Below, in pieces: positions 59,481-64,000 of a stretch of 64,000 bases of DNA (position 1 is the first letter of the stretch; the number at the start of each line of letters is the position of its first letter). The translations under genes were made by a program, and so were the position numbers. The stretch is from a virus (Duplodnaviria > Caudoviricetes), in IMG/VR virus record IMGVR_UViG_3300016482_000089, positions 1 to 64,000 of that record. One strand, written 5' to 3'. Under the pieces are notes generated by a model, which had not been told where the DNA came from, did no database searches, and saw only the letters and a program-made list of their open reading frames with translations.

Positions 59481-60093
59481 GTCGGGTGGGTTTAGGCGTC
59501 GAGGGTGGCGACCCCGATCTCTGCCTTCTCCGCGCGCTCTAGGCTGCAACGCAGCGCGGAATCTCTGTTGATGTCCTCCCACCCGGAACTCGGGGAGGGT
59601 CACCACCGGTAGGCCGCCAGGGTGCGCCCTGGACTTCAACGACCTCGACGAGCCAGTTGGCCCGTGCCGCGTCCAGCGCGGCCAGTGAGCGTCGAGCAGT
59701 GGTGGTGACGGAGGCACTCGCTCCTTGGCCTCGCCCACTCCGGTGGGCGACGTAGGCCGCCTCTTCGCAGGGGCCCGTCAGGTTGGGCATGCAGGGCAAC
59801 GGCGGCGGGGAGGGGAGTGCGGGGGTGTGCAGCGGCATCGTCTGACCGCCGGCGCGTCGGGACCTCGTCCCGCGACGCTGGGGGGCAGCTCCCTTGTGCT
59901 CGAACCCCCTGGACTGCGTTGCTGCATGGGGGAGCTGAGGTGGGAGGGGCCGGCGGAGGCGGAGCCCCGCGGCACGAAAGAGATATGGTGACGCGACAGA
60001 CCCAACGCAAGGTTGTGTCGCGCGGCCTCGGTTCGACGGGCGAAGTAGAGGCGGACTCCGCGGGCCGCCGGCGCGGGGGCGCCGGGCGGCTTC

Positions 60094-60351
60094 CTAGTGC
60101 TGCATGCCCACTCGAAGCGCGGCGTTGCCTTGGAGGGCGTCGGCCGGGACGGTCCGCAGGCCTGCGAGCCGGGACATGCTGGAGGCGCCGACCATCAGGT
60201 GGCAGGCGCGCAGCGTGGCCTCGGTTCGGATGGTCGGGTCCGTGCTCGAGCGGGCGATGTCGAGGAGCCGGTCGGCCTCGGCGGTGAGAGCCTCGCCGGT
60301 GGCGGCGAGCATCTCCTGCAGGGCCTGCGGCAGTGCGAGGGATTGGGGCAT
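60094..60351 (-). CDS. Early hypothetical protein
   Basis: GGAG RBS and repeat upstream. Confidence 0.6.
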   Translation of the reverse strand: MPQSLALPQALQEMLAATGEALTAEADRLLDIARSSTDPTIRTEATLRACHLMVGASSMSRLAGLRTVPADALQGNAALRVGMQH

Positions 60352-60441
60352 GGTAGCTCCGTGCCCCCTGATCGACGGGCACGGCCCGGGGGCGAATGGC
60401 GGTGCGGGCGACCTGGCGCGCGGTGGCGCCAGGTGCGTGCT

Positions 60442-60609
60442 TCAGAAGCGCTGGGGCGGGTAGATCTGGCGGATCGTGGCGCGCTCGGCGATGCGGCGCT
60501 GCTGGCGCCGCTCGCGGGCGCTCTCGTAGAGCGCGTAGAGGATGAAGCCGAGGGCGAACAGGCCGCCGACGGTGCCGGCGATCTGCAGGATGCTCCAGAG
60601 CATCAGCAT
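60442..60609 (-). CDS. Small single-TM protein
   Basis: MLMLWSILQIAGTVGGLFALGFILYALY plus basic tail. Confidence 0.6.
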   Translation of the reverse strand: MLMLWSILQIAGTVGGLFALGFILYALYESARERRQQRRIAERATIRQIYPPQRF

Positions 60610-60681
60610 GATATGGTCCTCGCCCCCTGTTTCGACGGGCACGGCCCGGGGGCTGAAGCAGTGCGGGCGGGCCGCCCCCCG

Positions 60682-61092
60682 TCAGAACGGGGGGCCGGCT
60701 GCCGCTTCTTCCGCGATGAGGCGATTGCGCCACTCGCGGGGGAGGAGGTGGTCTCGGACGTAGACGAAGACCGTGGTGAAGTCGTCCGGGTCGTTGATGG
60801 CCCAGGCGCGGTCTTCGAGGATGGCGGTGCGCAGCAGCATGGGGCTGCCGAGCTCGTAGGCGATTTCGATGGCGGTCTCGCGGCTGCAGAACCGGCCGCC
60901 GAACAGGATGATGTCGGCGTGCCGGTAGGGCAGCTGCCGCGCTGCTGGGCCTGGGTGCAGGCCGTTCTCATAGGCCTTGGCGAGGCCCATGACGTCGGCC
61001 TCGCCGAAGTGCTCGAGGAGGCGTTCCTCGGCCTCCATGAGGTCGTAGGCAGGCGCGGTCGGATCCGCCGCGGAGACGAGCTCCGTGGACAT
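60682..61092 (-). CDS. Hypothetical protein
   Basis: GAAGGA RBS; candidate promoter TTGAGA-N17-CATATG upstream. Confidence 0.65.
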   Translation of the reverse strand: MSTELVSAADPTAPAYDLMEAEERLLEHFGEADVMGLAKAYENGLHPGPAARQLPYRHADIILFGGRFCSRETAIEIAYELGSPMLLRTAILEDRAWAINDPDDFTTVFVYVRDHLLPREWRNRLIAEEAAAGPPF

Positions 61093-61193
61093 GGCGAAAT
61101 TCCTTCATGTGGGGGGATGGAAAGAGGGGCCGGTGGCCGCTCTCTCGATGTCATATGGTAACGATATTGCCGAATCTCAAGCCCTGACATGAC

Positions 61194-61231
61194 GAAAGCC
61201 CCGCCGAACGGGGGCGTCCGGCGGGGCTTGG
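61194..61231 (-). terminator. Intrinsic terminator
   Basis: AAGCCCCGCCG...CGGCGGGGCTT, TTTCGT tail on minus strand. Confidence 0.65.
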
Positions 61232-61232
61232 G

Positions 61233-61448
61233 TTAGGCGGCCGCGGCGCGGGGCCGCGGCGGGATCTCGATACCGGTGTCGGCGTCGAAGGTGCGGCCCG
61301 GCCGCAGAGGGGTGACCGGGTCGGGCTTGCTGGGCGGGGGCTGGTCGCCGTCGAGCTTGCGCGCGATGCGGCGGCCGAGGGCGTCGCTCACCTGCACCAG
61401 GGCGGGGGAGATGATGACGGCCGCCCAGATGATGGCGATGAGGGGCAT
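61233..61448 (-). CDS. Small membrane/secreted protein
   Basis: MPLIAIIWAAVIISPALV; AGGAG RBS and repeat upstream. Confidence 0.6.
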   Translation of the reverse strand: MPLIAIIWAAVIISPALVQVSDALGRRIARKLDGDQPPPSKPDPVTPLRPGRTFDADTGIEIPPRPRAAAA

Positions 61449-61539
61449 GTGCTGCTCCTGGTGCCCCCTGATCGACGGGCGAGGCCCGGGGGCTGTGGCG
61501 TTCGCGTGCGCCCCGGCGCGCGGTGGCGCCGGGGGCGGT

Positions 61540-61848
61540 TCAGCTGGTGGGGTGGAGGGTGTAGCCGCCTGGGCTGCCGCGGCTGGGCCGGGTGGCGGTG
61601 ATGTGGTGGCCGTGCTTGCGGAGGGTCCAGATCGCGTTCGAGATGCCCCCCTGCGGGTTGCTGTAGGTCTCCAGCGCGCTCTCCGGGTACACCTCGTAGA
61701 AGAGGTCGATCGAGCGCACGACCTTGCCCGGCGTCCGCTGCAGGATCTTCAGCACCTGCTCGGCGAGGGTGTTCGGGCGCACGCCGATGCGGCTGCGTCG
61801 CTTCCGGCCTGGCGGCAGGGGGGCGAACTGGGCGCTCTGCTGCTGCAC
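61540..61848 (-). CDS. Small winged-helix DNA-binding protein
   Basis: VLKILQRTPGKVV...ISNAIWTLRKHGHHI...GGYTL. Confidence 0.7.
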   Translation of the reverse strand: MQQQSAQFAPLPPGRKRRSRIGVRPNTLAEQVLKILQRTPGKVVRSIDLFYEVYPESALETYSNPQGGISNAIWTLRKHGHHITATRPSRGSPGGYTLHPTS

Positions 61849-61943
61849 GGGTGGGTCTCCTGTGGTGCCCCTGTCTCGACGGGCACGGCCCGGGGCGATG
61901 GCGGTGCTGGCCGCGGCGCGCGCGGTGGCGCGCCGGGCTGCGG

Positions 61944-62165
61944 TCAGGTGTCGGTGGTGGGCGGCGCCACGGCGTCGATGCGGGCGATGACGTCGTCCAT
62001 GTGCGCGACGACCTCGGCCGCGTCCTCGTCGTCGAGGGTGGCGCGGTCGGGCAGGCCGTCATTGCCCCGGAGGCAGTGCCCCTCGAGCAGGACGTCGCGC
62101 TCCTCGGCGATGATGTCGCGCGCCTCGCGGAGGAGGCTGACGATGTCGGCGGGGAGGTCGCTCAC
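61944..62165 (-). CDS. Small acidic hypothetical protein
   Basis: GTGA coupling. Confidence 0.55.
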   Translation of the reverse strand: MSDLPADIVSLLREARDIIAEERDVLLEGHCLRGNDGLPDRATLDDEDAAEVVAHMDDVIARIDAVAPPTTDT

Positions 62166-62419
62166 TGGTGGCGGTATCCGACGAGGCGGTAACCGCCGTT
62201 TCGGCCGATGCGGGAGTCGATCTCCCAGCCGAGGCGGCGGAGGTCCTCGACCGCGTGCTTGGCGCTGCGGCCGGGGTGGCGGAGGCGCTTGAAGGCGGCC
62301 TTCGGCCAGGCGAGCTCGCAGAGCATGACGGCGGGCAGCCAGACCTCGCGGTGCTTCACGAGGGTGCTGAGCACGGCATAGTTGGCGGTGTTCTCGCGCG
62401 GGTAGCGCGGTTCGGGCAT
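62162..62419 (-). CDS. Small winged-helix DNA-binding protein
   Basis: VLSTLVKH...AKHAVEDLRRLGWEIDSRIGRNGGYRL. Confidence 0.7.
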   Translation of the reverse strand: MPEPRYPRENTANYAVLSTLVKHREVWLPAVMLCELAWPKAAFKRLRHPGRSAKHAVEDLRRLGWEIDSRIGRNGGYRLVGYRHQ

Positions 62420-62518
62420 GGGGGCTGCTCCTGTGGTGTCCCCCTCTCGACGGGCGGGCCCGGGGGTGTGGGTGGTCCGCTGGCCGCTGGCGCCGGTGGT
62501 CGGGCGCCAGGGCTGCGT

Positions 62519-62968
62519 TCAGACAGGGGCGGGCTGGTCGAGCACCGCGGTGGACAGGCCGTAGCGCTGCGCGACGTCGCGGGCGTGCTTCCGGAAGACG
62601 GCCAGGAAGGGTTCTGGCTGGTTGCCGCGCTCGCTCATGACCGCGTCGTCGTGGGCGCGGATCAGTTCGCTGAGCAGGCTGGGGCCGCGCCCCGCAAGGT
62701 CGACATGCGGGAGGAGGTCGATCACCTGCATGTCGGCCAGGGAGGCGACGAGCTGAGGCATGGACCAGCTCTCGGGATCGCGGAGCCGGGTGGCGAGGCG
62801 GGCGTACCCGTCATCCGGGATGAGATGGCCGAAGGAGCACTTCGTGCCGTCGGCGCCGCGGTAGCGGCAGGCCCAGTCGCTGTCGGGGGAGACGCTTGGC
62901 CGCCCTTGCTTGAGCACGCCGCCCACGGCGGTGTCGAACACCTCCTGAGCGGTTGGCGTTGGAACCAT
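62519..62968 (-). CDS. Phage hypothetical protein
   Basis: QEVFD..V..VLKQGRPS..CRYRG.DGTKCSFGHLIPD...LIRAHD. Confidence 0.7.
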   Translation of the reverse strand: MVPTPTAQEVFDTAVGGVLKQGRPSVSPDSDWACRYRGADGTKCSFGHLIPDDGYARLATRLRDPESWSMPQLVASLADMQVIDLLPHVDLAGRGPSLLSELIRAHDDAVMSERGNQPEPFLAVFRKHARDVAQRYGLSTAVLDQPAPV

Positions 62969-63070
62969 GCGGTTTCTCCAAACTGCTGCGGATAGCCGTC
63001 AGCGCAATGCGGACGGCCAGTGATATATGGTGAGCCTCCGCAACGAATACCACCACAAAATCGGGACTTG

Positions 63071-63084
63071 CACAAACCTTTGTG
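63071..63084. promoter_or_regulatory. Operator in divergent promoter region
   Basis: CACAAACCTTTGTG, identical to 56513 site and overlapping TTGCAC. Confidence 0.75.
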
Positions 63085-63203
63085 GCTATGGTACTTGCGA
63101 TGCCGCACCGCCCGACTTGCGCCTGGACCGGTTCCCGGTCCCAAGCCGTCCCGGCGATCCCCAGCCGGGCGGTGCATCCCGCGCTTCGACAGAGGAGGCC
63201 GTG

Positions 63204-63983
63204 ATGGCCACCATCGAGGACTTCATCGGCTGGATCACCGCCGACCTCGCCCGCTTCGCCCCCGCCGACCAGCACGTCCACGTCGTCTCGGACGACACCC
63301 AGGCCCATGACCGCGGCTGGGAGCGCCGCCTGGTGCTGCGGCTCTACACCGCCGCCAGCCGCTACCAGATCGCCGCCGTCGAGCGCGGCACCACCGGCCT
63401 CACCGGCAACGACAGCGACGGCTACCTCGGCGCCACCGTCTCCGCCCGCGCCCCGCGCCCGGGCGAGGACCAGACCCGCGGCCGCGACCTCACCGACGGT
63501 CCCCTGGACCGCGCCACCTGGGACCGCATCCTCCGCGACATCGTCGCCTGCGAGCTCGTCCAGGTCCGCACCACCACGCCGCTCTCCCGCTGCGTGATGC
63601 GCGCCGGCGCCGCCCAGGTCACCGGCTGGCCGGCGCCCAGCGATCTGCCCCGCTACCCGGCCGCCGCCTACCAGCAGCAGTACGTGCCCGCGGGCGACGT
63701 CGGCGACGCCATCCGCCGCTCCCTGCAGGCGCAGATCCCGGCCTACACCGTCGCCCCCGCCTACGCGCAGATCCCCGCCGGTGCCATCGCGGCCCAGGGC
63801 ATCCACGCCGCGCTGCAGCAGAGCTGGGATCCCAACCGGCTCGCGCCGGCCACCGCGGCGTTCATCCCGCTGGGCGTCGTCCCCGGCCAGCCGGTGACCG
63901 ACCTCGGCGCCCGCGTCACGACGCTCGCGACGTCGCAGCCCGCCGCCGACGCGCCGCCGCCGCCGCCCGCGACAGGCGACTGA
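63204..63983 (+). CDS. Hypothetical protein
   Basis: GAGGAGG RBS; folded N-terminal half and Pro/Ala/Gln-rich tail. Confidence 0.65.
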   Translation: MATIEDFIGWITADLARFAPADQHVHVVSDDTQAHDRGWERRLVLRLYTAASRYQIAAVERGTTGLTGNDSDGYLGATVSARAPRPGEDQTRGRDLTDGPLDRATWDRILRDIVACELVQVRTTTPLSRCVMRAGAAQVTGWPAPSDLPRYPAAAYQQQYVPAGDVGDAIRRSLQAQIPAYTVAPAYAQIPAGAIAAQGIHAALQQSWDPNRLAPATAAFIPLGVVPGQPVTDLGARVTTLATSQPAADAPPPPPATGD

Positions 63984-64000
63984 CCCATGCCGGGCCGCCG

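Larger units (their letters stand above)
60363..62466 (-). repeat. Start-associated structured repeat, cluster 2 (5 copies)
   Basis: Same consensus, starting at 60363, 60622, 61463, 61867, 62440. Confidence 0.9.

Noticed and set aside
43595-62466. Repeats as a CRISPR array or integron attC sites
   Set aside because: Spacers are whole genes of variable size; no cas or integron integrase; no GTTRRRY/RYYYAAC cores

Overview
GC-rich temperate siphovirus genome segment. The host is probably an Acetobacteraceae/Rhodospirillales alphaproteobacterium, inferred from gene content. Bases 0.2-21.6 kb (+) are the late operon: scaffold-like protein, major capsid, neck, tail tube, frameshifting tail chaperone, tape measure, lambda-like M/L/K/I/J tail tip and lysis genes. 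Bases 23.4-25.4 kb look like a plasmid-maintenance module: a candidate HTH initiator with an antisense ctRNA, ParA plus an RHH partner, and 8-bp-periodic GTAC arrays. This suggests a phage-plasmid; no integrase, terminase or portal is visible in the window. Bases 21.7-51 kb and 60-63 kb (-) are early/accessory genes, including TerB, a split DUF2303 gene, DEDDh exonuclease, Gp37/68, C5 methyltransferase, RecT/RecE-like and DUF932. Bases 51-58 kb hold DnaB, a DUF1376 initiator with iterons, VRR-NUC and the cro/cI switch. Four features stand out: (1) a ~31-nt structured repeat (17 copies) just upstream of the ribosome-binding sites of small early genes; (2) a complete ISL3 element (TIRs plus 8-bp TSD) whose transposase is fused to an HNH-like domain and which carries a passenger gene; (3) a solo tnpB element bounded by 16-bp inverted repeats and 12/13-bp direct repeats; (4) a 14-bp palindromic operator CACAA-N4-TTGTG at 11 intergenic sites. 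Family assignments are from motif recognition by eye; no database searches were run.
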